A DNA stretch of 64,000 nucleotides from Clostridium sp. CAG:914. Its GTDB lineage: Bacteria > Bacillota_I > Bacilli_A > RF39 > UBA660. This document shows positions 13,869 to 25,052 of this stretch, piece after piece; the stretch's first letter is position 1; each line of letters begins with the position of its first letter. Under the pieces are notes generated by a model. It saw only the letters and a program-made list of their open reading frames with translations, ran no database searches and was not told the DNA's origin. Made by a program: the position numbers and the translations under genes. The stretch is taken from the NCBI GenBank assembly GCA_000437895.1, contig FR902161.1, forward strand, positions 46,642 through 110,641, written 5' to 3'.

Positions 13869-13875
13869 ATTTATA

Positions 13876-15474
13876 TTAAGAAGATTTCTTAGTTAATGTA
13901 TTTCTAACTGATACTAGATAACTTCCTTCGTTCATACTACCGAAATAGTATATTCCATTATCTAATCCTCCTCTTATATAATAATTATTTCCCATAATGC
14001 TACCATGGTATGTTTTTGTCCATGATAAATCTTTTTCGTCTAAGAGTTCGTAAGTTCCATCTCCTAGTCTATTAGCTCCATATGTTAATTCAGAAGCACT
14101 TCCTGCCATATCATATACTCCATATATATTTCCTGTTGTACTATCTAAATCATTACTACCTGTTATATAAGAGTTATTATAGGATATATCCATATTTCCA
14201 TATTTACTATGAGCTAAGTACATTATACTTCCCCATTCACTACTTTTAATAATACCACTATTTAAATTATTACCTAATTTATATGTTACAGGGATATTAT
14301 TTAATAGACTTTCATATTCTTCAATATTACTGCTAATATATGGTTTATTTCCATTTATAAATTTTGGTCCTGAGGTAATACTAAGTTCATATTTAGATAC
14401 CCAGAAGCCTTTTAAGTTATTAATAAATGCTGGGTGTGTGTAATAATCTAAATTTTGTCCACTACATTTATCTTTATCGCAAGTAATATTTCCTGATATA
14501 TTAGTACCATTTTCAAATACAATATTTATTCCATTATTATATGCATTATATGCAAATGAACCATCCATATTAATATTCCATACTTTATATTTAAATCTAG
14601 GTATCCATACATAGTATGCTAAGATATCATTCTTATCAATTATGTCTCCAACATTATAGTTATCTTTTTCAACGATGGCAACATTAGCCCACTTTTTATT
14701 AGCATAATCATACCATAAGTTATTTATATCATTATTATCTTTGTTTGCTTTAACAACATTTCCATCTTTATAATATATAGGAACCATTGATGGATATAAT
14801 TCTGGTTTATTGGCACAAGATGTATCATAGTTAGATATTCTTTCTGTTTTAACTTTTGTACCTGTATATAATCCTACGAAAACTTTAGCTGATAAATTAC
14901 TATTAGCAATATAACTTTGATCTACAAGTTTACAATTATTTATATCATTGCAAGACTCACTTATCCATAATATAAATACATATTTATCATAATCTTCATT
15001 ATATTTGGGTAAATCTAAGGATTCATTAGTTAAAATTAGGCTACCTCCTAAGACACTATCATCAAACTTTGGTGATAAACTACCAGAAGATATTAATTTA
15101 CCATTTCTATATAGATTCCATTTTGTATATTCATTTAATAATTTGGTATCAATATTAAAGTCTTCCATCATTACATCATATACTATATTATAGTCTTTAT
15201 CTTGTTTAATACTTTTTACAGAAAACTCTACTCTAACAACATTATCCTTGGTATTTATATTTATTAACTTATCACTAATAGGCTCTAAGTTATTAAATGA
15301 AATATTACTTTTTCCTTTAAAATCGACATTAAAGTCTCCTGCTTTTAAACCTACTTTTATATTATCATTGATTATATTTGAAGTAGCTAATGTTACACCA
15401 ATAAATGTTAAAACTATAACTATTACTTCAATTGCTATAATAAATATTTTTTTGTTATTTGATGCTTTTTTCAT
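13876..15474 (-). CDS. signal-anchored surface protein with C-terminal FGE-sulfatase (SUMF1/EgtB-like) domain
   Basis: C-terminal third carries YYVWIPRFKYKVWN, SEWGSIMYLAHSKYG, GVYDMAGSASELTYG and IRGG, resembling formylglycine-generating-enzyme domain motifs. I placed the start at 15474 (MKKASNNKK) because AGGTGAG lies upstream. Confidence 0.4.
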   Translation of the reverse strand: MKKASNNKKIFIIAIEVIVIVLTFIGVTLATSNIINDNIKVGLKAGDFNVDFKGKSNISFNNLEPISDKLININTKDNVVRVEFSVKSIKQDKDYNIVYDVMMEDFNIDTKLLNEYTKWNLYRNGKLISSGSLSPKFDDSVLGGSLILTNESLDLPKYNEDYDKYVFILWISESCNDINNCKLVDQSYIANSNLSAKVFVGLYTGTKVKTERISNYDTSCANKPELYPSMVPIYYKDGNVVKANKDNNDINNLWYDYANKKWANVAIVEKDNYNVGDIIDKNDILAYYVWIPRFKYKVWNINMDGSFAYNAYNNGINIVFENGTNISGNITCDKDKCSGQNLDYYTHPAFINNLKGFWVSKYELSITSGPKFINGNKPYISSNIEEYESLLNNIPVTYKLGNNLNSGIIKSSEWGSIMYLAHSKYGNMDISYNNSYITGSNDLDSTTGNIYGVYDMAGSASELTYGANRLGDGTYELLDEKDLSWTKTYHGSIMGNNYYIRGGLDNGIYYFGSMNEGSYLVSVRNTLTKKSS

Positions 15475-15545
15475 ATTCTCACCTATAATTAGTATAGTAT
15501 ATTTAATTATATAAAACAAGAAAAAAAGTATATTTTACATACTTT

Positions 15546-16913
15546 TTAAAACATTATTTTCTCTTCTATAAATTTTTCTATATCTTCTATATTGATTGAT
15601 ATTTGTTCCATAGTATCTCTATCCCTTATTGTGACTATGTTATTATTTAATGTTTCATCATCAACAGTTATACAATATGGTGTTCCTATTATATCATTTC
15701 TTCTATATCTTTTTCCTATGGAACCTGCATCATCATAGTTACACATAAATAACTTAGATAATTTTTGGTATATTTCTTCAGATTTTTCACCATGTATTTT
15801 TTTAACAAGAGGAAGTATTGCAACTTTATATGGGGCAAGTACTGGGTTTAATGATAGCACTTCTCTTATTGTTCCATCCTCTAATTCTTCTTCTTTGTAC
15901 GCTTCACAAAGTATAGCTAATGTTAATCTATCTGCTCCGATTGAATATTCTATAATGGTAGGAATATACTTTTCGTTGGTAACAGGATCTAAATATTCCA
16001 ACTTTTTTCCTGAAAACTCAGAATGTCTAGTTAAATCCCATGTTCCACGGTGATGAATTCCATTTAATTCTTCCCATCCAATAGGAAATTTGTATTGAAT
16101 GTCACAAGCCGCTTTAGCGTAATGTGCTAGTTTATCATGATCATGAAATCTTAGTTTATCTTTTGATAATCCTATATCTGTAACAAATTTCATTGCTTTT
16201 TCTTTATAATCATTATATATATCCATACTATCATCATTTTTACAGAAACATTGTAATTCCATTTGTTCAAATTCTACTGTTCTAAATAAGAAGTTACCTG
16301 GAGTTATTTCATTTCTAAAACTTTTTCCTATTTGCGCTATAGAAAATGGTACTTTAGCACGCATTGTTCTTTGAACATTCAAAAAGTTTACATATTCTCC
16401 TTGACATGTTTCTGGTCTTAAATATACTAAATCTTTATTATCTTCTACGGTTCCTCTTGATGTTTCAAACATTAATTTGAATTGTTTAATATCAGTCCAG
16501 TCAAAACTATGACAGTTAGGACAAGTAATATGATGTTCTTTAATATAATCTTGCATTTGTTCTGTAGTAAGACTTTCAGCATCTATTTCTCCTTTAGAAT
16601 ATTCTTCTATTAAATTATCTGCTCTAAATCTTTGTTTGCATTTTTTACAATCCATTTTTGGATCACTAAAAGAATCAACATGTCCACTTGCTTTCCAAAC
16701 ATTAGGATTCATTAAAATAGCAGCATCTATTCCATATGATCTATTATCTTCTTGAACAAATCTTTTCCACCAGCATTTTTTTATATTATTTTTAAGTTCT
16801 ACTCCTAAAGGACCAAAGTCCCAAGTATTGGCAAAACCATCATATATTTCACTTCCTTGAAATACAAATCCATATTGTTTACATAAATTAACTATTTTAT
16901 CTAAATTTTCCAT
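15546..16913 (-). CDS. glyQS: glycine--tRNA ligase (dimeric class II form)
   Basis: 455 aa; N-terminal KQYGFVFQGSEIYDGFANTWDFGPLGVELKNNIK is typical of GlyQS. Confidence 0.92.
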   Translation of the reverse strand: MENLDKIVNLCKQYGFVFQGSEIYDGFANTWDFGPLGVELKNNIKKCWWKRFVQEDNRSYGIDAAILMNPNVWKASGHVDSFSDPKMDCKKCKQRFRADNLIEEYSKGEIDAESLTTEQMQDYIKEHHITCPNCHSFDWTDIKQFKLMFETSRGTVEDNKDLVYLRPETCQGEYVNFLNVQRTMRAKVPFSIAQIGKSFRNEITPGNFLFRTVEFEQMELQCFCKNDDSMDIYNDYKEKAMKFVTDIGLSKDKLRFHDHDKLAHYAKAACDIQYKFPIGWEELNGIHHRGTWDLTRHSEFSGKKLEYLDPVTNEKYIPTIIEYSIGADRLTLAILCEAYKEEELEDGTIREVLSLNPVLAPYKVAILPLVKKIHGEKSEEIYQKLSKLFMCNYDDAGSIGKRYRRNDIIGTPYCITVDDETLNNNIVTIRDRDTMEQISINIEDIEKFIEEKIMF

Positions 16914-17041
16914 TATAACCTCCTAAATAATTTTTGATACATCTAATTATCTTGCTTATGGAATAATTATACTATTAAATAAATATTTTTACAATAAAAA
17001 AAACTAATGAATTTAGATATCTAAATACATTAATTTTTATT

Positions 17042-18202
17042 TTATTTAACCATTAATAATGTCCAATATGCTACGAGTAACCCTACTATACTTACAGCAA
17101 GTATTGCTAGTATTGTTGTGGATACATATCCGCTTCTTGTTCTTGTTAAATTTTTAAATTTACCTTGTTCATATAAATTTCTATTTTCTTCTTTAACTCT
17201 ATTAAGATTTTCTTTTTTTTCTTCTAATCTAGCAATTAATTTCTGTTTTTCTTCTTCATTAACAGAAAAAGCATTTTTAATTTTTTGAGCAGCTTTTTTA
17301 AATTTTTCTACCACACTCTTTTTGAAATTACCAACTTTACTTCTAGCAGTATCAATTGTTGTAACTATTTTTTGATTAATTTTATTTCTTGTAATAATTA
17401 TTTTTCTATTTGTATTTTGCACCTTTATACCAATATCAGTTGCTGCTATTTTAGTTCTTAATCCTATAGTACCCACAAAATTCTTAATTTTCTGTAAACC
17501 TTTCTTGAGAAAAGTTCCAACTTTACTTTTTTTGGTGTTAACAACAGGTGTTTTCTTAGTGTGTAGTGGTCTTTTACCCTTAGCATTAAGTTTTACAATT
17601 TTATATTTAGGTTGTAATGTAATTACCTCTTTTTTTCGAAATATTTTCTTAATTCTTTCTATATTTCTCTTTAAAGTTGATTTTACTTTTTCTATGCTAG
17701 TTATTATTTTTTTATTGACATTATTTCTTTTCCTAATAACTTTGTTTTTAATGTCACATATTTTTCCAGAAGCATCAATTATTATACTTTGTGTTTTTAA
17801 CGTTAAAATAGTAAAGGGCTCTTTAATTTTATTAATTATCCTCTTTATTCTTTCTTTTCTTTCCCTTCTAATACGACAAACCTTAGCTTTTTTTGAAGCT
17901 TTTCTTGTACTTCTCTCGTTTAGTTTTATTTGTCTTTGAATTATTCTTATGTCTTTTGAATATTCAATAGCATCCTTTTCATCAATTCTAGCTTGCTCAA
18001 TTTTTTCTTCAGCTTCTCTTCTTAATTTTTTTGATTCTTCCATGGCTAAATCACGATTTTTTATCGATGCAATTTGCCTTTCAATTAATTCAATTCTATT
18101 TTTATATCCATCAATAATGACTTTATTCTCTTCTGTTTCTGGTAATGTTGATATTTTTTCATTTAATTCTTCTACTTGCTTTTGTAAATTTTCAATTGTC
18201 AT
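17042..18202 (-). CDS. Lys/Arg-rich coiled-coil protein with C-terminal transmembrane anchor
   Basis: 386 aa; about 30% K+R; repetitive KKI..I.K.K blocks; a single C-terminal TM (VSTTILAILAVSIVGLLVAYWTLLMV); no recognisable domain. Confidence 0.45.
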   Translation of the reverse strand: MTIENLQKQVEELNEKISTLPETEENKVIIDGYKNRIELIERQIASIKNRDLAMEESKKLRREAEEKIEQARIDEKDAIEYSKDIRIIQRQIKLNERSTRKASKKAKVCRIRRERKERIKRIINKIKEPFTILTLKTQSIIIDASGKICDIKNKVIRKRNNVNKKIITSIEKVKSTLKRNIERIKKIFRKKEVITLQPKYKIVKLNAKGKRPLHTKKTPVVNTKKSKVGTFLKKGLQKIKNFVGTIGLRTKIAATDIGIKVQNTNRKIIITRNKINQKIVTTIDTARSKVGNFKKSVVEKFKKAAQKIKNAFSVNEEEKQKLIARLEEKKENLNRVKEENRNLYEQGKFKNLTRTRSGYVSTTILAILAVSIVGLLVAYWTLLMVK

Positions 18203-18217
18203 AATTCCCCCTATTTT

Positions 18218-18487
18218 TTAAGCATTTAGTAGTTCGTTAACAATATTATGAATTTTTTCTCTTTCAATTTCATCTTCGATATCAAATATTTCATCAGTTC
18301 CATCTGGTTGTTTTTCTAAACGAGAAACTAAAACATCACAATTTTCGCTATCAGTATCAATAGAATATACAACATATTCTTTTCCTTCTACTTCAATTAC
18401 TGTAACTACATCTGCTTCCCTTTCAATATTATTTTCATCTAGTATCTTAAACTTAGTATTATTTTCTTCCATTTGCAATCCCTCCAT
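18218..18487 (-). CDS. DUF1292 (YrzB/UPF0473-like) protein
   Basis: 89 aa acidic; the pattern ILDENNIEREADVVTVIEVEGKEYVVYSIDTDSE matches the DUF1292 family conserved in Firmicutes. Confidence 0.6.
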   Translation of the reverse strand: MEGLQMEENNTKFKILDENNIEREADVVTVIEVEGKEYVVYSIDTDSENCDVLVSRLEKQPDGTDEIFDIEDEIEREKIHNIVNELLNA

Positions 18488-18563
18488 TCGTTCTTATTGT
18501 AACATATATGTAGTATAATGTCAATTTGTAAAAAAATCTCCTCCTACATTTAGTAGAAGATGA

Positions 18564-19229
18564 TTATATTTTATTGTATAAACTAATCATATATTTAGTT
18601 TTTATTCTATCTATTATTTTGTTTTTAGGTAACATTTTTAAGACTAAAGATAATCTTTCTAACTCTCTTTTGTTGTATTCTTCAAATACCTTTCCTTTAT
18701 TTTTAAGTAATATTGGTCCAAAATATAGTTCTTTTCTATTATATTTCTTCTTTCCTTTTTTAAACTTAATAATTGTATAATATATTCCTTTATCATATAT
18801 CATTTCTTCATCTGATATATAATACTTTAGTTTAGTAATTTCTTTTCTTAAGAAATATAATTTGGTATTACTTTGAATTACAATATTATCTACATTATTA
18901 AGTTTGTTTATATTTTTTTTTAGAATTCCTACGATAGTATATGAACCAAGTCCTGACATAATGATAGTATCTATCTCATTAGCTTCGACTACGTCAAGGC
19001 CGTTACCCAGTCTTAAATCAATGTGTTCATTTAATCTATTATCTGAAATATTCTTTTTTGCATTATTTAAAGCTTGATCATTTATATCGGATGCTATAAT
19101 AGAAATATTTTTTTTATTTTGATATAAATATATATCTAATAATCCATGATCACAACCTATATCTATAACTTTACTGTTATCTGGGATAAAAGATGCTATT
19201 AATTCTAGTCTTTTAGATATTTTATTCAT
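18564..19229 (-). CDS. trmK: tRNA (adenine22-N1)-methyltransferase
   Basis: 221 aa; the [16 protein letters not shown]-binding start is typical of TrmK/YqfN; conserved synteny downstream of sigA. Confidence 0.8.
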   Translation of the reverse strand: MNKISKRLELIASFIPDNSKVIDIGCDHGLLDIYLYQNKKNISIIASDINDQALNNAKKNISDNRLNEHIDLRLGNGLDVVEANEIDTIIMSGLGSYTIVGILKKNINKLNNVDNIVIQSNTKLYFLRKEITKLKYYISDEEMIYDKGIYYTIIKFKKGKKKYNRKELYFGPILLKNKGKVFEEYNKRELERLSLVLKMLPKNKIIDRIKTKYMISLYNKI

Positions 19230-20319
19230 TTAAGAAATCCTTTAATTTTTTACTTCTAGATGGATGTCTTAATTTTCTTAAAGCTTTTGCTTCTATTTGT
19301 CTTATTCTTTCTCTTGTTACTCCAAACATTTGGCCTACTTCTTCAAGGGTTTTGCATGAACCATCATCTAGACCAAATCTAAGTCTTAATACTTGTTCTT
19401 CTCTTTCTGTTAAAGTGCATAGAACATCCGATATTTCTTCTTTTAACATTTCATGTGTCGTATATTCTTCTGGTGACATTGTTCTTTCATCCTTAACAAA
19501 GTCTCCTAAGTGAGAGTCATCTTCTTCTCCAATTGGTGTTTCTAATGATACTGGTTCTTGGGCTATTTTGATAACTTCTCTTACTTTTTCAACAGATATA
19601 TGCATTTTTTTAGCTAATTCTGCTTCTGTAGGTTCTCTATTTAATTCAAGGGTTAGTTGTCTTTGAATTCTTGATAGTCTATTTATTGTTTCAACCATGT
19701 GAACTGGTACTCTTATTGTTCTTGCTTGGTCGGCTATAGCCCTTGTTATAGCTTGTCTTATCCACCAAGTCGCATAAGTCGAAAATTTATATCCTTTTTC
19801 TGCATCAAACTTTTCAACAGCTTTCATAAGTCCTATGTTTCCTTCTTGAATAAGATCTAGAAATAACATTCCTCTTCCAACATATCTTTTGGCAATAGAT
19901 ACGACAAGTCTTAAATTTGATTCTGCTAATATATTTTTAGCTTCTTCATCGCCTTCAACTATTCTTTTTGATAATTCTGTTTCTTGTTCTAAAGAAAGCA
20001 AACTTATCTTACCAATTTCTTTTAAGTACATTCTTACAGGATCATTAATAGTTAGTTCTTTTGCTAGTGTACTATCTTTTAATAACTCATCAAAGCCTCC
20101 ATCGGCATCCCCTTCTTCATTGTCTATATCGTCTTCGTCTGTAACAACTTGGATATTAGCTTCCATCAAACTATTATATAAATCATCTAATGAATCACTA
20201 TCTAATTCTAATCCTTTTAGGGCAGACGCTAACTGTTCATAAGTTACAAAACCTTTTTTCTTACCTTCTTCAATTAATTCTTTTTTTCTTGTATCATATG
20301 TTTTTATTTCTTCAATCAT
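19222..20319 (-). CDS. sigA: RNA polymerase primary sigma factor
   Basis: Regions 1.2-4.2 present: [63 protein letters not shown]. Confidence 0.95.
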   Translation of the reverse strand: MIEEIKTYDTRKKELIEEGKKKGFVTYEQLASALKGLELDSDSLDDLYNSLMEANIQVVTDEDDIDNEEGDADGGFDELLKDSTLAKELTINDPVRMYLKEIGKISLLSLEQETELSKRIVEGDEEAKNILAESNLRLVVSIAKRYVGRGMLFLDLIQEGNIGLMKAVEKFDAEKGYKFSTYATWWIRQAITRAIADQARTIRVPVHMVETINRLSRIQRQLTLELNREPTEAELAKKMHISVEKVREVIKIAQEPVSLETPIGEEDDSHLGDFVKDERTMSPEEYTTHEMLKEEISDVLCTLTEREEQVLRLRFGLDDGSCKTLEEVGQMFGVTRERIRQIEAKALRKLRHPSRSKKLKDFLNE

Positions 20320-22033
20320 TTCCTACTCCTTTTAATTTCATAATATCACTTAAAATACTTGCTTGTTTTAAGGGATCTTTTTCTTCTTTTAACATTTTAT
20401 TTAATGATTCTATTTTCATTTTTTTAGGACATGAATTAACAAGATTTATGTAATCATTAATTTCTTCTTTACTATAGTTATCTTTTAAATTCATATTTAT
20501 TATTTCCTTAAAGACCTTATTTAATTCATCTTTTGTAGATATGTAACTTATAAAATCTGCTTCATTAATAGTACCATATTTGTGATAATAATATATTATT
20601 TCGTTAGATAAAATTCTAACTTCTTGTTCATTAAAGTATGGAACTTTTTCTTCTACTAATGTTAATATCTTTTCATCTTTTATCATATAGTATAGTAAGC
20701 ATCTTCCAGCATTACTATATTTATCTCTTCTTTTTATATTATTTACAGGTTCTATTTTATTAGGAACATTTTTTTCTTCTTTTTTAAATGTTTCTAATTT
20801 TTCTTTTAATGTCATATATTCTATATCAAATTCTTTAGATAGTTTCTTTAGAGTTAACTCTACTAGAATATTATCTTTACTATTTGATAATTCTTTAATA
20901 GTTAAATCAATATATTCTGATATATCTTTAATATCTTTTAAATTTTTATCTTTTTTATATCTATTCATTCGATATTCTACAACACTAATTGTATTATCTA
21001 TTTTAGATATAAATTTTTCTTTTCCATATTTTAATATATATTCATCTGGATCTAAATTTTCTTCTAGTCTAATTATTCTTGGTGTTACATCTATTTCTTT
21101 TAATACTTGAATAGCTTTATCGGTAGCTTCATCCCCAGCATTATCACCATCGAAGCAAAGTATTATATTATTAGTTGTTTTCTTTAAAAGCAGGGCTTGT
21201 TCTTTGGTAAAAGCTGTTCCCATGGTAGCTACACAATTATTAATACCTACAACAGATGCTCTTATAACATCCATAAATCCTTCCATAACTATTATGGATT
21301 CGCTTTTCTTTAAATGTTCTTTTGCTAGATGGTAATTATATAATAAATTACCTTTTTTAAATATATTAGTTTCTTTTGTATTAATATATTTACTTTCATC
21401 ATGGGTATTATATATTCTTCCAGAGAAAGCTACGACATTACCGGATAGGTCATATAGTGGAAACATTATCCTATTAACAAATAAATCTTGTCCTCTTTCG
21501 TTACTTATTCCTAGTGATATAAGTTTATCTAATTTTATATTCTTACTTAGTAAAAATTCCGTTAAAGATGATTTAGACATAGAAAGGCCAATTCTAAATT
21601 TTGAAATAGTATTTCTATCTATTTTTCTTTTGGTTAAATAATCTATTGCATTATTGCCCAAGGATGTATTCAAACTATTTTGATAATATTTACAAGCCAG
21701 TTCATATATCTCTAAATCTTGGTTATTTGTAATTTCTTTTTTTTTAGTATCTAGATTATATCCTAGTTTACTACCAATTAACCTTACCGCATCATAAAAA
21801 CCAATATGTTCATATTCAGAAACAAAACTAAATACGTTTCCTGTTGCATGGCATACAAAGCAGGTATATATTTGTTTTTCAAAGGATACGCTCATGCTAG
21901 GAGAATGGTCATCATGAAATGGACACAATCCAAAATAATTTTTTCCTTTTTTTGTTAATGGTACATAATTAGATATGATGTCTACGATATTTACTTTATT
22001 TCTAATTTCATTAATAACTTCATTGGTAATCAT
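20312..22033 (-). CDS. dnaG: DNA primase
   Basis: CHC2 zinc finger [13 protein letters not shown]...CFVCH; TOPRIM region EGFMDV...[10 protein letters not shown]. Confidence 0.93.
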   Translation of the reverse strand: MITNEVINEIRNKVNIVDIISNYVPLTKKGKNYFGLCPFHDDHSPSMSVSFEKQIYTCFVCHATGNVFSFVSEYEHIGFYDAVRLIGSKLGYNLDTKKKEITNNQDLEIYELACKYYQNSLNTSLGNNAIDYLTKRKIDRNTISKFRIGLSMSKSSLTEFLLSKNIKLDKLISLGISNERGQDLFVNRIMFPLYDLSGNVVAFSGRIYNTHDESKYINTKETNIFKKGNLLYNYHLAKEHLKKSESIIVMEGFMDVIRASVVGINNCVATMGTAFTKEQALLLKKTTNNIILCFDGDNAGDEATDKAIQVLKEIDVTPRIIRLEENLDPDEYILKYGKEKFISKIDNTISVVEYRMNRYKKDKNLKDIKDISEYIDLTIKELSNSKDNILVELTLKKLSKEFDIEYMTLKEKLETFKKEEKNVPNKIEPVNNIKRRDKYSNAGRCLLYYMIKDEKILTLVEEKVPYFNEQEVRILSNEIIYYYHKYGTINEADFISYISTKDELNKVFKEIINMNLKDNYSKEEINDYINLVNSCPKKMKIESLNKMLKEEKDPLKQASILSDIMKLKGVGND

Positions 22034-22154
22034 TAACTACCCTCCAATAATAATATTCTAAAAAAATATGCAAATTACTTCCTTTTTAGTTAACTTTTTT
22101 TGCTTATTTACATAAATTTGACACTTTTTGGTGCTTATTACTTTTAAAAATATG

Positions 22155-23180
22155 CTATTTTATAAACATAGAATCTCCAAATGAGAAAAATCTATATTTA
22201 TTTTTTACAGCTTCTTGATATGCAGATAATATTATTTCTTTTGATGCAAAAGCTGACACCAGCATAATTAGTGTTGATTTTGGTAAGTGAAAATTAGTAA
22301 TTAGAGCTGATATTCCTTTAAATTGATATCCTGGATAAATAAAGATATCGGTCCATCCTGATGTTTCTATAAATTTTCCATATTTACTCATTATTGTTTC
22401 AATTGTTCTAGTAGTGGTAGTTCCAACACTTATAATTCTTCTATCTTCCTGTTTGGCTTTATTTAATATATCTGCTGTTTCTTTTGACATACTATAAAAT
22501 TCAGAATGCATTTTATGAGTAGTAACATCTTCTACATTTACTGGTCTAAATGTTCCAAGTCCAACATGAAGGGTTATGAAACACACTATTACTCCTTTAT
22601 TTCTTATTTTTTCTAATAAATCTTTAGTAAAGTGTAATCCTGCCGTAGGAGCAGCTGCTGATCCTATATTCTTAGCATATACTGTTTGATATCTATCTTT
22701 ATCTTTTAATTGTTTTTTTATATATGGAGGAAGAGGCATCGTTCCTAGTTTATCAAGTACTTCATAAAATATTCCTTCATATATAAACTTAAATTCGCGT
22801 ATTCCTTCCTCAGAAACCTTTATACATTCAGCTTTAAGAAGACCATCTCCAAATGAAATAATAGTTCCTAAGTGAACTCTTTTAGCTGGTTTAACTAAAC
22901 ATTCCCAATTATTATTTTCTATATTTTTAAGTAAAAGTAATTCAATTACAGCTTTAGTATCTTCTTTTTCTCCAATTATTCTAGCAGGCAATACTTTTGT
23001 ATCATTTAAAACTAAAACATCACCTTCTTGTAAATAATCTGTAATATCATGAAAAACGCTATGAGTTATTTCACCTGTTTCTTTATCTAATACCATAAGT
23101 CTAGACTCATCTCTTTTTTCTATTGGCTCTTGAGCTATTAATTCCTCTGGTAATTCATAATCAAAATCATCTGTTCTCAC
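22155..23180 (-). CDS. queA: S-adenosylmethionine:tRNA ribosyltransferase-isomerase
   Basis: [15 protein letters not shown] start of QueA. I placed the start at GTG 23180 because GGAGG lies 7 nt upstream; the longer ORF-track N-terminus (to 23237) overlaps a terminator hairpin. Confidence 0.85.
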   Translation of the reverse strand: MRTDDFDYELPEELIAQEPIEKRDESRLMVLDKETGEITHSVFHDITDYLQEGDVLVLNDTKVLPARIIGEKEDTKAVIELLLLKNIENNNWECLVKPAKRVHLGTIISFGDGLLKAECIKVSEEGIREFKFIYEGIFYEVLDKLGTMPLPPYIKKQLKDKDRYQTVYAKNIGSAAAPTAGLHFTKDLLEKIRNKGVIVCFITLHVGLGTFRPVNVEDVTTHKMHSEFYSMSKETADILNKAKQEDRRIISVGTTTTRTIETIMSKYGKFIETSGWTDIFIYPGYQFKGISALITNFHLPKSTLIMLVSAFASKEIILSAYQEAVKNKYRFFSFGDSMFIK

Positions 23181-23221
23181 ACTAGTACCTCCAAAACTTC
23201 CATTATTATAGCACTTAAAAT

Positions 23222-23255
23222 AAAAGAATGCAAACATTTAATATTGCATTCTTTT
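23222..23255 (-). terminator. rho-independent terminator after the amidase gene
   Basis: AAAGAATGCAA...TTGCATTCTTT 11-bp stem with a T-run on the minus strand. Confidence 0.5.
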
Positions 23256-23282
23256 ATTGATATTTTACTAATTTACAGTTAT

Positions 23283-24410
23283 TTACAATGGTATTTTTAG
23301 TTCCATACCTATACTTAATAAATTACTTGTTAAACCATTTAGTTTTTTTATTTCATCTACGGTAGTATTATACTTTTTGGCTATAGAATATAAATTATCA
23401 CCTGACTTTATAGTATAATTGATATAATTTCCTATTTGGATAGGTATTTTTAAAGTCATACCTATATTTAATAAATTACTTGTTAGACCATTTAGTTTTT
23501 TTATTTCATCTACGGTAGTATTATACTTTTTGGCTATAGAATATAAATTATCACCTGATTTTATCACATAGTCTATATAATTAGTACTAGATGGTTCTTC
23601 TTTTATTTTTAACTCCATACCTATGCTTAAATTATTTGATTTTAAATTATTTAATTTTTTTATTTCATCTACGGTAGTATTGTATTTTTTAGCAATAGAA
23701 TATAATGTATCACCTGATTTAACTATATAATAATTTTTTCCTGTAACTTCTTCACTAGGTATATTAGATTTAATTTTTAATACTTGACCAACAGTTATAT
23801 TATTTTTTTTTAAATTATTTAATTCTTTTAATTCATCTACACTAATATTATATTTTTTGGCTATAGAGTATAGAGTATCACCACTTTTTACTTTATATGT
23901 ATCTGATAAAGCTAAATATTCTATTATAGATTTAACTATTATATCTACTACTTGCTTATAATTATCGGCATCTCCATACTCTATAATTATTGTTTCATTA
24001 GGATTTGTATCTTTTATAACACTATAATAATCATACTTTGTGTTTGTGGGTAATCTTCTTTGATAGTATTTGTTTACAGATATTCCATTATTTTCTAGGT
24101 TTGAAAATATTAAACTTGCTAATTTATCACTACTTCTTAATGGATATATAATACTGAGATTAGAAGATGTATCAAATCTATTTTGAATTATTAAATCATT
24201 GTCTTGTTTTAATTTATTAATTTGGTTAACTCTATCTTCATCGGTTAATGATTCATCTGTATTTCTTGTTAAAATGCTATTGATATTTTGATTATTAAAA
24301 CTATTATTCATATACTTAGATAAATCTAATAAAATATCTTTTTCATATTTGTCCCCTATTTTGGCACCATAGTCATCTCCACCACGATAGGGATCTATAA
24401 TTATTTTCAT
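23283..24410 (-). CDS. N-acetylmuramoyl-L-alanine amidase (Amidase_3) with four C-terminal LysM domains
   Basis: MKIIIDPYRGGDDYGA Amidase_3 start, then 4 LysM repeats (Y.VKSGDTLYSIAKKYN..VDE.K.LN.L). Start is uncertain: ATG 24410, ATG 24482 or TTG 24500. I see no signal peptide. Confidence 0.75.
   Translation of the reverse strand: MKIIIDPYRGGDDYGAKIGDKYEKDILLDLSKYMNNSFNNQNINSILTRNTDESLTDEDRVNQINKLKQDNDLIIQNRFDTSSNLSIIYPLRSSDKLASLIFSNLENNGISVNKYYQRRLPTNTKYDYYSVIKDTNPNETIIIEYGDADNYKQVVDIIVKSIIEYLALSDTYKVKSGDTLYSIAKKYNISVDELKELNNLKKNNITVGQVLKIKSNIPSEEVTGKNYYIVKSGDTLYSIAKKYNTTVDEIKKLNNLKSNNLSIGMELKIKEEPSSTNYIDYVIKSGDNLYSIAKKYNTTVDEIKKLNGLTSNLLNIGMTLKIPIQIGNYINYTIKSGDNLYSIAKKYNTTVDEIKKLNGLTSNLLSIGMELKIPL
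23304..23895. repeat. intragenic tandem DNA repeats (period about 153-159 bp) encoding the LysM modules
   Basis: Four copies. Copies at 23304-23407 and 23457-23560 are nearly identical over about 100 nt; copies three and four are more diverged. Confidence 0.8.
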
Positions 24411-24453
24411 ATTGTTCACCAATAAATTATATGCAAAAGAAAAAGACTTAATA

Positions 24454-25038
24454 CTAAGCCTTTGTTGTGCTACCTGTGACATTTCTTGTTTCAGCTCCAA
24501 TATATCCTGTGAAAGTAGCTCCTACTATTTCATTACCTACTTTAGAACCATCTACCCATAGATAAACAGTTACTTCAGTATTTTCAGTGGTAACTTCATA
24601 ATCATTTAATATATAAATTTTTCTTCCATTATTGCATTCATTTATACTATTAGTCATACAACTTGAGAAAGTTCCTTTTGATGGTGTAATATTTATGTTG
24701 TTAGTTCCTTTTTTTACTACTATTTCCCATACTAGTGCATCGCTTGCTAAAACATCAGACATTTCTTCGATGTTAATATATATATTAGCTATGGCATTAA
24801 TAGAGCCTTCAGCCATTTTTATATTGACTGATGTTTTGTAAGTTTCATCACGACTTTCTCTTGGTTGTAAGTTTGTTGTTAGAGCTGATCCACCAGTATA
24901 TAGTACTTCAAACTTTTTAGCATTAGCTTCGGCATTTTGACTTGATGATACAGTATTAATAAAATAGGCATATGTTACACCTATAGTTAATATGGCTAGC
25001 AATAATAACCCTAAACTATATAATAATGTTTTTTTCAT
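24454..25038 (-). CDS. secreted protein with TasA/SipW-cognate-like signal peptide (camelysin/TasA-like, paralog 1)
   Basis: 194 aa; N-terminal hydrophobic helix ending IGVTYAYFINT, compared with the GGGTWAAFND processing region of B. subtilis TasA; beta-rich remainder. Confidence 0.4.
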   Translation of the reverse strand: MKKTLLYSLGLLLLAILTIGVTYAYFINTVSSSQNAEANAKKFEVLYTGGSALTTNLQPRESRDETYKTSVNIKMAEGSINAIANIYINIEEMSDVLASDALVWEIVVKKGTNNINITPSKGTFSSCMTNSINECNNGRKIYILNDYEVTTENTEVTVYLWVDGSKVGNEIVGATFTGYIGAETRNVTGSTTKA

Positions 25039-25052
25039 TTAATCACATCTTT

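Noticed and set aside
16914-17041. T-box leader upstream of glyQS (and of serS/lysS)
   Set aside because: The leaders are too short (128, 78 and 3 bp) and no T-box consensus is present.
17505-18221. Plus-strand ORFs (144 and 90 aa) opposite the Lys-rich protein gene
   Set aside because: Antisense of an AAA-rich coding strand gives TTT-rich (Phe/Leu) ORFs; artefact.
19889-20453. Plus-strand ORFs overlapping sigA and dnaG
   Set aside because: Antisense to highly conserved sigA/dnaG coding sequence.
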